Shown here piece after piece: positions 11,744 through 23,700 of a stretch of 64,000 nt of DNA; position 1 is the stretch's first letter, and every line of letters begins with the position of its first letter. Position numbers and translations under genes: made by a program. Origin of the DNA: Saprolegnia diclina VS20 (lineage: Eukaryota); assembly GCF_000281045.1 (NCBI RefSeq), contig NW_008246071.1, positions 1,135,293-1,199,292 of the forward strand, in the 5' to 3' direction. The notes under the pieces were generated by a model that was not told where the DNA came from, did not search any database, and saw only the letters and a list, made by a program, of their open reading frames with translations.

Positions 11744-14700
11744 ATGACAACGCTGGCTTGCTACGCCAATACGACCGCCTGTCGCAAGCGCGATTGGGCG
11801 GCGTGTGGCTACGGCTGGCTTGCGACAGCCCCCGTCGGCGTCTTTTGGCTCGTCTGGCTCGTCTACGGTCTCCGGTGCCTTCAACGACACAAGGCGACCA
11901 ACAGCTGGTTTGACGTAGACAAGATCCACGACCCGGTCGCACAAGGTACTACTCTCGAGCCCTTTGTTTATATCTCGAAGAAAAGAGCGTAGGCATGGCC
12001 GTCGCGCTCTCTCAGCGCCGGTCGGCGTCCCTTCGTCGGTCCCATTTGCAGCGCTATATGAAGTTTTGCGCCATGTCGTCCGAGTGGCTCGCGTTCTCGT
12101 ATACGCCGCTCGTGATCACGTTCAAAGTGGCCGGCGTCTCGAGCGACGCCAATGTCTTATTCTTGCTCAACGTGCCGAGCGAGGTCATCTCATGATGTCT
12201 CCTTTTTGCAGCGCCAAGACTCATAGACAAAGTAGCTCATCAACGTCGTTAGCACCTTGGTGTGGGGATGCCTCCTCCTCGGCCTGCACGTGTGGAAGGC
12301 ATGGAGTCGCCGCCGTACGGCCACTGCGTCTTGACAAGGCGGCTGATGATGTGTCGGTAGGCTCGCCGCTCATCCTCCGGTTCATTCATCCGCTGACGTT
12401 TGATGTGTTTTACATTCCGCTCATTTCAACGCTCGGGCGGCTCGGGTCGTGCCCCGAAGGCTTCGATCACATCGTGCTGCCTGGTGGCGCCACGTGTGAG
12501 TGCGTGGATCGAATGGGACTCTTTTGGGTACAAATGCGTCGCCTTGAGATCGTGCAGTAGCGCTCTCGTGTAGGCCCTCGGCTTGTCTGGCTTTGTGATC
12601 TTGTACGCGAGCGCGCTCTACTTCAAAATGCACGTCGAGCCTCTCGCCCGCACGACGGTGTTTCGGTTCCAGACAAATTTTCAGATCATTATGGTCATGG
12701 CGCGGACGCGTACGTGGTTTGCTGTTTTTGAGATTGAGGCTCAATGTGCGTGGGACTAGTGAACCCGATCATGTCGATGCTCGTGAGCGATTTGGATGCG
12801 GTCGCACACCCTGTGATTGCGCTCGCGCTGACGCTCGGCTTCTTCTTTTGCGTCGCGTTCTTACTCTATTACGTCTACACGACCCAGCCCGTACTCTCTC
12901 CACCCAATCGACTCTTGTACTAAAGTCATTGTATCGTCAACTAGTGCATTGGGAGCGGCCGACTGCCCAACAACATTCGTGCTGTTACGTTCTCGAGCTC
13001 GTGCTACACGTCTCTGTGTGCGCTCGGGTTCCTACTCGCAGACAAAAGCATCACAAGCCTCTACTACTCGCTCGCGCCGCTCCCACTCGTGTGGGTTCTA
13101 GCGTGGCACCTCAACGAGCGCCGCGCACGCCTCTTCCACGTCCCCAACTTGCCGATTTGGGATCTGCTTCTCGAGCGCTCTGTGCGGTCCAAGACTGTCG
13201 GGACGATTGCAGCACTGTACGTAGACGCCATCAACTTGCCAGCGTCGTCCTTTGAGGGCATTATCGCGCAACTGGAAAAGATCGTCAAGCGATCGGCGCC
13301 GGACGAGCTTCCGTGTCGCGCGTACGCGCTCCGCGCACTCTGGTTCTGCCACGTCAAGGTAGTCATCCGAATAACCATCTATGATCCGGATAGACGGGCA
13401 ATGTAGGGATTTTGCCTGCAAAAAGGCACCGTGGGCCAGCAGGATGACAGCGCAATGGTGCCGTTCAAGCTCTGGTACAAGGACCGCGAAGCAGGTGCTA
13501 GCTCACACACGCTACTGCAGAAGCAAACCAAGGTGCACCGCATCACCCAGCTCGAAGGTACACCAGTCTCTGGTGTTGCCGCTGTGCCAAATGACGCTAG
13601 ATGTGGCACCGCATACGACCATGATGTGGACTCCGCCATTGGAGCCGCGTGCAGGCTGGCGCCGCGTGGTGTTCTTCCTTCTCGACGTCTCAGCCCAGTC
13701 GCTCCAGTCTCGGACACGGACGCGGACGCGGATGAGTATCCAAATGCTGTCCGCTGCAACCAACTACGCGCTGGTGCGACTGCGAGAAAAGCACTGGATC
13801 GTCAAAGTCGAGACGTCGGACGCCGCTGTCTTTAGCTGCACAACACTCTACAATAGCGCGCTCGAGGTCCTCGCGCAGAGCTGTGCGATGGGCGACGTCA
13901 CGGCGATGCAGTCGACCGCCGTCTTTCTCCTCCAGTGGTACAAGGCCAAGTACCTTCGCCTGAGCAAGCTCGTGTACCTTCACGTGCTCACGACGATCGT
14001 CGCGACGTCCGACGCGCGCCTTGTGACGCACGCAGCGCTCACGCTGTACCGGCTCGTGCTCGACAACGTGCTGCCGCTCGACCTCTGGCGCCAGAACACG
14101 ACGCACTTGAACTTCTTTATTTCGGCGCTGGGGCACGCAGCTGCCTCGACCGTCTTGCGCTGTGCGACAGTGCTCAACCTCGTGTTTCAAGCCGCCGCGG
14201 ACGACCCGCGCACCAACCTCTTTTTGCTCGTGACGCCTGCGTCACGGGCCACGATCCACGCCGCCTTGCACCGCTGGCACCACGTGTACGACGTGAGCGT
14301 CCTCCTCGAAGATCTTTGCATTCGCCTCTACAACCTCGAGGTGGCCCACCAGACAAAGCGCAAGCCGTCGCCAATCAAACGGTCGCGCAAGACGTCGTTC
14401 AACAACGTCTTGCAGTGGTTTGGCGCGCGCAAGCGCTCCATCACCAACGCCATGGTGGACCAAGCCGCCGTCATCGTACGCTCGGCCGAGTCGCGCATGA
14501 GTCGGCGAAGCATCGCCCGAGAGCGCGGCGGCGAGAGTCGGCTCCGAATCGAGTCCCGGCGGCTCAGCGCGCCTCTCAACAACCTGATGGGGCTGCGGCC
14601 GCTTGTCGCCCACCGGTCGGTCAAACAAAGCGTGGGATATTTTCTGTCGCATGTCTCGTCCAACGGGCGCCGCGACAATGCGACTTGTAGCCCGAGCAGC

Positions 14701-15210
14701 ACCAAGGTAGCACCGGCCATTGTCGTAGCGCCCAAGCCGCCACCGCCGGCGCGGTGTCCATCCCTGCGCGCCGTCAATTTTGCCACGATCGATGCCACCG
14801 CCCGTACCGTCGTCCGCCTCGACCGCCTTACGTTTGTGACCCCGGCGATTGTTGCCGAGATCAACCGCCGGCGGGGCATGCGCAAGCAGCTCTTGGATTT
14901 GCTACGCAGTGCCCAGTCGCTCCAGTCCGAGCCAAATGCGAACAGCAACAATGCTGTCGCCCCACAGGCGCGAACCCGCAACCTCTTGGACGAGGCGCTC
15001 ACAAAGGCCGGGCACCTCGCATCGTCCGCGCCCGAGTGTGCGATCGCCGACTACGTCGCCCACGGGCTGCCCCCCGAGCTGCTCGCGTTCTTCGATACGC
15101 ATGTGGCGCCCCGACTCTTGCATGCGACAACGCCCGCGACGGCAAAGACCCATGTATTCACATGGCTCTTCGCGTACGCCAAACAGCTAGTAGGTCTAAG
15201 ACGAGGCTAA
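11744..15210 (+). CDS. Uncharacterised multi-pass membrane protein, tandem paralog C (multi-exon)
   Basis: Same exon series ([71 protein letters not shown]). Ends [14 protein letters not shown]. Confidence 0.8.
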
Positions 15211-15220
15211 GAAATCGACT

Positions 15221-16669
15221 CTACTCGTCCTTCTTGTAGTAGCCGGCAGGCACAAACGGCATCTTGGCGACGACACCTTTTTGCATCTTGTTGCGGACCT
15301 TGAAGTGGAGCTCCGTGCCAATCTTGAGGTTGCCCTTCTTGACGTAGCCCATGCCCAGCGCCTGCTTGAGCGACGGGCTGAACGTGCCGCTCGTGACCTC
15401 GCCGATGCGGTCGCCAGCGACATTGTAGATCTCCGTGCCTTCGCGGGCCGGCGCACCGTCGACCGTAAAGCCAATCTACGCGTACCATGCGTGAGCTTGT
15501 CACAATGAGGAGGCGATCGACGACGTACGCGCTTCTTGGTCCACGTCTTGTTGTTGAGCTGGTCCAAGATGACGTCGGCACCCGGGAAGCCGCCTTCTTC
15601 GCGGCGGCGCTTGCTCATCGTCCACGCCAGCGCGCCCTCGATCGGCGTCGTCTCGGGCGAAATGTCGTGGCCGTGGAGGCAGAGACCGGCCTCAAGGCGC
15701 AGGCTGTCACGCGCACCCAAGCCCTATGCAAATCGAATGAGGTTCTTCTCGTAGGCAACGGTGTTGGGTACCGCTTCAAGGACGCGTTCGTCCGCGAGGA
15801 GCTTGCGCGTAAAGTCGGCCACCGAGCTGCTCGGCACCGACACCTCGAAGCCGTCTTCGCCCGTGTAGCCGCAGCGCGTGAGGATCACGTCGTTGTTGAG
15901 CACACGCGTGAACGTGCCCGTCATGAAGTTCATGTCGGCAAGGTTGACCGAGGCTGGAACAAGTCCCGCCATGATCTCAGCCGCGCCCGGGCCTACGTGC
16001 GATTAGAGATAGGCTCGCTGCGCCAGCAAGCGTACCTTGGAGGGCGACGAGCGACCGGTCGGCAATGCGCTCGAGCTGGACGTCGCCGTCAAACTTGGCG
16101 AGGTGCGCCTGCATGTGCGCCCAATCGATGTCCTGGTTGCCGGCGTTCACGACCACGTAGAGGTGGTCGTCGTACGACGTAATGACGCAGTCGTCGATGA
16201 TCCCGCCCTTCTCGTTCGTGATTAAGCTGAGCTTGGCCTCGCCCGTCGTCAGCGACGCAATGTCGCCGACCACGATACTCTCGAGGAACCGGAAGCGGTC
16301 CTTGCCCGTCATGCTAGCAAGAGGCAGCAACGTGAGGCAAAGCGTTGGCGCGCGGCGCGGGTGTACCGGAGCTGGCCCATGTGCGAGACATCAAAGAGCG
16401 ACGCGCAACCCGGCGTGCGCGTGTGCGTGTGGCTCTTGAGAATGCCGGCCGTGTACTGCACAGGCATCGAGTAGCCGGCAAAGTCGACCATCTACGGCCA
16501 TCGTCACGAGCGCTCGCACGCAGGCATGTACCTTGCCGCCGAGCTCCTTGTGGAGGTCGAAGAGCGCCGTCTTCTTGAGCTACAGACACAGGGTATCCTT
16601 GAGCGACGGCAAGAGTCAATGGTCGCTGCGTACGCTGGAGAAGGCGCGGCGAGGGACGTGGCCAAGCAT
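15221..16669 (-). CDS. gcvT: Glycine cleavage system T protein (aminomethyltransferase), mitochondrial, multi-exon
   Basis: Spliced product [101 protein letters not shown], with canonical GT-AG introns. Confidence 0.95.
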
Positions 16670-16727
16670 GCTTGTGAAGTGACTGCGAATTGCAAACTGC
16701 CTACTCATAAAGCGAATCCAAGGTCAT

Positions 16728-16745
16728 GCCGGATACGGTGTCCGG
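16728..16745. promoter_or_regulatory. CCGGATAC-type motif pair about 60 bp upstream of the gcvT start
   Basis: GCCGGATAC at 16728-16736 and GTGTCCGG at 16738-16745. Member of a motif family recurring upstream of many genes in this window. Confidence 0.45.
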
Positions 16746-17165
16746 TTATGTAGCTGCTAGAAAGGCAATCACAGGTCCCACTCTTGGTGGCCGCTCCTCG
16801 TACAGCGTCCACGAGCCCGATCGAACTGTGAACTTCACTGCGGTTCGCTGCTGCCGAGTGCGCCGCCGCCTGCTTGTAGGTAGGTAGTCGATGCTCAAGA
16901 TCGCCACGCGTGAAAGATCGCAACATGCCGTGCGCGCGATGGATGCGAGGGTTGAACTTGGCGGCCATCTGCCCAACTTCAATCCGACCGCCAGATGGTC
17001 CTGCGTCGTGCAATCCAAGAGATGTGGCGTCCAAACTGTGGCGTCCGCAGCCGCCCAGCGACGCCGTGCACGAGATCATTGCGGTGAGAGGGTGCGCCCA
17101 GTTCGTTACGATAGCACAGCAGTAGACAATGCAGAAAGTCTTCTTGTTCAACGGGCAGGCGCCGA

Positions 17166-18223
17166 CTAATTCGTCTTCATGCGGCGCTTGCTCGAGAAGC
17201 ACTCGCCCCAGATGCAAATGCTCTTGGACTTGAGCAGGAGACTGAAGTCGTCGAGCGTATACTGCGTCGGCGCGACTTCGGGCAGCGACTTGTCCTTGAT
17301 TGCCGCTTGCACGGCGGCCTGCAGCAGCTCGTGGGCCGACCCGACCGTGTACTCTTGGAACGGGTACGCCTTGTCGTCGACGGCAACGACGCGCTTCTCG
17401 GCCGGCACTTGGTACGTGGTCAAAATGTGCTCTATGGAGCAGCGTTAGTATGAACACAGAGGCAAGGTACCACGATGCGCGGGATACCGAGGATGGCTTC
17501 GATTTGCTCGAGCGACAAGGTCGCATCCTTGGCGGCGGCTTGGAGCTGGAAGAGGCACTCGAGACGTTCGTTGACGTCGCCTTTGACCGCGAGCGAGAAG
17601 GCGACCATGAGCGTATCGAGGTTGCACTTGCCGTTGGCATTCTTCGGAAGGCTCATAAGAACACGTTCGAGGTGGTGCTACAGCATATTCGATTCATGCG
17701 ATTCCGAAGATGGTGCCGTACGAGGTTCTTGAGCTGCATGCCGTTGAGGACGCTGCCAAGGCACAAGTCAAAGTCCCGCACCGACGCCTCGTTGGTCGGG
17801 AAGAACGCCTTGGCCTGCGCATGGACCTTCTGGAAGACGTCCGGCCTAATGCAAGCGTGTGTGAGCGCGATGCTGCGCTGCTGCTCGTGCGTACGTGATG
17901 TCGTTCTGGGACCGCAGCTCGAACGCTTCGTAGGGCGAGATCGGCGTTGCGTCGGCAATCTCGTTTTGAATCGCTTCAAAGAACTTACGGTTCTTGCTGC
18001 CGCGGTAAATGTACCCGCCGATCGCAAGGATGACGGCGCCAAAGACGTACTCGGGGTGGCGGCTGAAGAAGCCGCCTTGATCGACAGGCACGGGCTGGAC
18101 TGCAGCGCCGTCCGCAGCAGGCGCCGCGTCCTTCACCGCCGGGTTAGTCTGGAAGCGGCGCGTGGCCTTGGCATGGCGCGGCGCCGGCGTCAAGCGGCGA
18201 AGCAGCGGGGATCGACGCCACAT
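17166..18223 (-). CDS. Hypothetical protein with mitochondrial presequence-like N-terminus, one TM helix and a degenerate EF-hand-like helical region (multi-exon)
   Basis: Arg-rich MWRRSPLLRR N-terminus and TM YVFGAVILAIGGYIY. Exons join through canonical introns (e.g. NL|HHLERVLMSLPK); ends CIWGECFSSKRRMKTN*. Confidence 0.7.
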
Positions 18224-18455
18224 GCGAGGTTCGTTGACGAAAGGCTGGAGTGATTGGACCTCTTTCTGGTACTATAATTATCTATAGTGTCTCACCACGG
18301 TGTTTAATATACCGGGTTTGAGACAGTATTGGTATGTTGGTCCTCGATCGAGCGATATTCGAGTGTGCATGTGTCATAGGTACGTGGCGTCGTGCCGTCG
18401 GCGAGGACGTGAGGACGCTGCGGGTGCCATTATAATATCTAGATCTATCTACACC

Positions 18456-20494
18456 CTACACGCTCCGCTCGCCCGAGCTCGGTAGGCCGGCGTCTTGGCG
18501 CGACACGGTCGTCTGGAGCTGTTGTTGCGTCAGCGACGACTGGTGCAATAGCTCGAGCATTTGTTCTTGCATCTTCTTTTGCTCCTGGAGCGCAGCAGCT
18601 TGCGACGCCGACGGCGCACTCTTGGTGTACGAGCTCTGCAATGGCACGAGGTCCGACGCACGCTGCGCGTTGTACGGTACCTGGCCCAGCATAAACGGCT
18701 TGGCGCTTTCATAGCTCACCGACTGGGCGCGCGGCAGCACCAAGAGCTGCTTCTTGGCGACAGCCTCGCGGCGCTCTTGGAGCGACACCATGGCCAAGTG
18801 CGCAAGCTTTTCCATGAGCGCGAGCTGCGTTGGCGGCAAGCTCACGCGCGGCTTCGAGTCCAAGACGCAGACGCTGCCGACGCACGAGCCATCGACGTCA
18901 AAGAGCGGCGCGCCCGCGAGGAACCGCACTTGAAGCGGGCCAGTCACAAACGGGTTGGTCTCGAACCGCCCGTCCTTCCACGTATCGAGGACGACGACCG
19001 GCATCCGAGTCGAGACGGGTACTTCGCAAAATGAAAAGTCCCGGCCAATGTCCGACTCCTTGATCGTGACTTTCGATTTGAACCACTGCCGGTTCTCGTC
19101 GAGGATGTGCACGATCGCAAACTTGCAGTCGAGGGCTTGGGACGCGAGGTCGCAGAGCAAGTCGTAAATGTCCTCGGGCGGCGCATCCGGGTTGTACTCG
19201 CCGCTGCTCGCTTCAAAGATGCCCTCTTCTTGGAGCCCAAAGCCCTCCATAAGTTTTTCGACCATCTCGCGCTTGGTCGGGTCCCGCGCGGCGATTTGGC
19301 TCAGCCACGCCATGCCGACTGAGTCGGGCACTGAGCCTTTTGACGACGGAAGCGTCAGTGCCAGCTCATTGCCATGTATGCCGGATGAGATCCGCGGGTC
19401 GAGCGCACTGCCCCGGCGCGAGATCGGCTCGGGTGCGGCTTGGTCGTCGGCTTGGGCGCTCGCCGTCACCAAGTTGCCGTCCGAGCACGACTTGCAGATG
19501 CGCATCGTCGTGAGGCCGATGGGCGGCAGGTCCACCGAGTTGATGATGGAGCACTTCTTACAGATGACTTCGCCGCACGCGCGGCAGTGGTGCTTTCGCC
19601 GAATGCCCGTGAACGACTTGAGGCAGAGGTGGCAGCACTGCCGCTCGTGGTCGCTCACCCACGTCGGCGTCTCGCGCTGCGTAAGGAGCCGGCTAATCCG
19701 GCGCGTGTGCACGCTTTCCTGAATGTTGGAGAGCGACTCGGCCCAGTACTGGAGCATCGCGCGGTTCGATCGCCGCGTCGTGCGAATGCCCTACATAGCA
19801 CAGTTCACATAGAAGCTCCGAGAAGACGCAACTGGCTGTGTACCGGCGGCTGGCGAATGGAGCAAATGAACTGCGCTTCGAGCGTCCCGAGCTCGTCCGT
19901 GGGTCGGAAGAGGTACCCGCACTTGGAGATGGACCCGCGCTCGAGCCGGTGGCTGTCAAAGAGCGATGGACACTCGCTTTGGTCAATGGACTCGTAGAGA
20001 CAGACGCCGACGAGCTTGTTGGGGTCGCCGCCAATGTAGTCGGCCGACAAGATCCCGGCGTACTCGAGCACGCAAAAGTCCTGCGACGTGGCCATCGCCG
20101 CCTTGTTCTTGAGCGCAAACCACTTGATGCTCAAGCTCTCCGAGTCGTTCTGGTCGCGCTGGTAGATGACTGCCGAGTCGAGGCTCATGTCCTTGAGCAA
20201 AAGCTTCATCATGGACCGAAACTCGTTCGTGTTGGTCGCGATCATCATGTCCATGACGTCCTCGAGCGAGGCCTGGACCGCGCCGACGCCGCGGATGCTG
20301 TAGAAAAGGCCGCCTTTCTGCCGGTCTTCGGACACGGTAATGCCCTTCTTCTCGTGCGAGAAGGCCCACTCCGAGTCCGGCGAGTTGAGCGACGGCACGA
20401 GCGTCCGCGCCCACGTGAGCAGCTCGACTTCTTCTGTCTCCGAGATGTGCGGCGCCGAGAAGAATCCATTCCGCAGCGGCAGCAGGCGGACCAT
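18456..20494 (-). CDS. START-like + FYVE zinc finger + GAF domain protein (2 exons; intron 19791-19843)
   Basis: FYVE: WVSDHERQCCHLC..RRKHHCRACGEVICKKCS..RICKSC. GAF: RQWFKSK..RDFSFC..DGRFETNPFVTGPLQVRFLAGAPL..GSVCVLDSKPR. The N-terminal exon has a START/lipid-binding-like pattern typical of oomycete FYVE proteins. Confidence 0.9.
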
Positions 20495-20595
20495 GATGCA
20501 GTGAGCGTAGTAGTAGTAGTAGGACTGGGCGTGGACGTGGCCGACTAAGATGGCGTCGCGGCAATGACCCCACTGACGACGACGGGCTGTAATCC

Positions 20596-20684
20596 TCCGG
20601 ATACCGCCATAAGTCACGCACCCCTCGCCAATATTCCACGTGGGTATCCGGATGTGGTCGTATCCGGCGCATTTATCCGGATAA
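20596..20684. promoter_or_regulatory. Cluster of four TATCCGG/TCCGGATA sites upstream of the FYVE-GAF gene
   Basis: TCCGGATAC 20596-20604, GTATCCGGATG 20644-20654, GTATCCGG 20660-20667 and the perfect palindrome TTATCCGGATAA 20673-20684. Confidence 0.55.
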
Positions 20685-20772
20685 TAACCTGCGTAACAGC
20701 TGCGACAAATGTGCGCGGTTTCTACGAGTGAGATCTTTCTTGTGTCATTGCGATCTTATTGCAATCGATAAA

Positions 20773-23700
20773 TTAGGATTGGGGCGGCAGCCTCGGGCGC
20801 TGCAGCAAGGTCGTCTCGGCGTTGCGGTAGCCGCCGAGAGGGCGCGTCCGTTGTGCATGGCGCAGCGCCTGCAGCGCGTCGCGCGGTTTGCTTGTGGCGC
20901 GCACCGTCGCAGGTTGCCGCAGCAGCTTCAACTTGGCCGCGTCAAACGCAGCACTTGGTAACACTAGTGGCGGTAGTGCCTCTGGCACGATGTAATACTC
21001 GCTTGACTGCGGTGGGAAGTGTGCAGTCAACCCCAGCACATGGTCGTCATGGATCAAGTTGCCACGGACGTCGAGACACTCGACGTGGTCGGCGGTCGGC
21101 AACGCGAGAAGGAGTCGGAGCCGCGGCACGACGTCATTTTGGAGGTTGTTGTTGCGCAGCAAAAGCACGCGCAGTTGGGACGAGGGTAGGCACTCGCAGA
21201 GCGCGAGGCCACCAAGCGACCCAATGCTGTTGTCGCTCAAATCCAAGAGGTGCAACGATCGTGACTGCTGCAGTCCAGTTGCAAGTAACGAGGCACCAGC
21301 GTCCCGGATCTTGTTGCCGGGGAGCTCGAGCCGCTTTAGCACCGTGTTGATCGCGAGTGCCTTTCCGATCGCATCGCATGCCGCGTCCGTAACACCGGCA
21401 CGGCCGAGCACCACGCGTGTCAAGTGACCGTACCTAGCCGAGTTCACGTCAGGGGCACAGCGAGCAAGGGTGCACCGGCCAAAGAAGAAGTCGCCCATCG
21501 CACTCGCGACGTGGAGGACGCCGCTGAGGTTCATCGCATTGTCCTCCAAAATGAGCTCGCGCAGCTGAAAGTGTGCGGTTTGCACACAAGTGGCGAGCGC
21601 CCTACGAGGGTCTCTTGCACAAACACGAGCACGACAACGGTACCGAAAAGGGACGTCGCCTCGAATATCATTGGCGCCGATCGCAAGCACACGCAGGTTC
21701 TTGAGCTGGTTTGTTCGCATGGCTTCTACCAAGCAGCCAAGGCCCTCGTCGCTAGGCGCGCATCGTCAGTCGAGTAGCTTTGGTCGAGTCGCACCGCAAG
21801 AGACACCCCGCTGGTGCAAGGATTGTCTTGATGTTGGGTGCGCTCGCTGCGAGTGCGGCGGCCAAGTTGGCGCAGTAAATATCGTGCTGCAGCGGTTGCC
21901 GTGGCTCGAGCACGAGGCTTTCGGCTACCTCGAAGAGGTGGCGAATTTGACCGACCACCATGCCATCCCGAACAACGCCGAGACTCGCGACGGGGAGCTA
22001 CACGGCAACGTCACCACCATACCTCACGCAAGGTGACGTACCGAGACGCGTAGTGTGGCCGTGATCGACGGCGGTGGCGGCACGCGCCGTCGCGTGAGCC
22101 CCTTGAGGTTGATCCGCGCTCGCCGCCCGCGGTAGATGGCTTGGATTTTTCGCGCATAAAAGTCCAAGTCGCGCTCGTCGTGCATGCTAAACACGATCCC
22201 CGTGAGCCCGCAACGATGCAGAATGTACAAAATACAGTGTTTCGTGGCCGCGCAAAAGTCGCTCGAGGAGGAATTGCGCCTATAATAACGTCGTCAACCT
22301 CTGTCAATCATGCGGCGAGCCTACCTCGTTAAGGGGCTCGTCGCGGGTCCAGAAGGCCAAGTGCCGGCGCCACCACGTTTGGATGCGAATGCACATATGG
22401 CGATGGAGCTGATACCGCGCTTCGTCGGCCTTGAGCTTGGCCTACGCACCACGGCTTTACTACGCAGCCGCCACGATGATACACTACGCGGTGCCGGAGG
22501 AACTGGGCCATGCGCGAGTGCTTCTTTCGGTAGAGCCGCTGAAGGTTGACTGCGAGGCGTGCTCGTCGCTGGCGCCAAATTTGCCGCGTGCGCAGAATCG
22601 CATGGCCTCGGATGTAGCGGACGCGTCGCTGGATCGTCGAGGCCGCACGCGTGCGCCGAAGCAATTCGGCATCAACGAGTCGCTTCTGTGCCAAATCCAG
22701 TCGAAACTGAGACCGAGCCTTGGCGCCCCAGTAGACGCGCTAGTTAGTATGTTCATTGCACGCATTGTTGCAGGCACGGTACCTGAATAATGGTGGCAGC
22801 GTCAACTTGCGCGGCAAAGAGCGCTCGGTACATGGGCGAGAGCGCCCCGAGTTCGTGTCGAACGAGGCGATCGAAGGGGTCGCACGATAATTTGCGCTCC
22901 TACGCACCTCCATTAGGACCTACGCGGCATAAGCCAGCGACACACGAGAGCGAGCAGTCGGTGGTCGCAGTTGGCCTTGTGCGAATAATACGCCCGCAGT
23001 GCCGGCAGCCAGTGTCGACTGGCCCGCTACAATGCACTCCATGAAATCGCCGGCTCCGTGAACACAAGATTGAACCTACTTGAAGCGTACGGGCAGCCAA
23101 GTCTTGGGCGGCAAACTTGGGCGCATACCTACGTTATCGCCATGTCAATCTGCGATTTTTGGAGAAATACACCGTCATTTCAACGTACTTTTCAAAGCGG
23201 TAGCGCAAAAGCACCTTGCGCGCGCGGAGGTTGCTGTACGGCGACGTCGCGTACGCCTCAATCGATGCAGCAATCACGTTGGCTTTGTGCTGCTTGGCGG
23301 CGTCGCGGCCCCACACACCGCGTAGAAGCGACGCAATGATCACTTGGCTCTTTGCTTCGCACTCCAAGAGCGGCCTAGTTTCGGTGACGCCAGGTGTGAG
23401 GAAGAAGAATACAAGTACCGCCAATGGTCGGGGTACCACTCGAGAAGCTTGGCCCGAATGTCCTCGCGGTAATGGCCAAAGTAGAATGCCGTGGTCGCGG
23501 CCGCCACCGCCGGGACCATCGCGTTGCACTTGAAGTACGCCACGCCGAGCTGGAGCCAAAGCGTCGCGTCCGGCTCCCACGCAAACGTCGGCATGTTCCA
23601 TCGGCGAATTTTGATGCGCTTGAGCGCCTCTTGGGTCGCGTCGACGCACAAAATATAGCAGTGGCGCGCGTCAAAGTACTAGGAAACGCCATTGACCCCA

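Noticed and set aside
16592..16600. GTATCCTT on the + strand
   Set aside because: It lies antisense to gcvT inside an ordinary GT-AG intron, so it cannot act as a donor.
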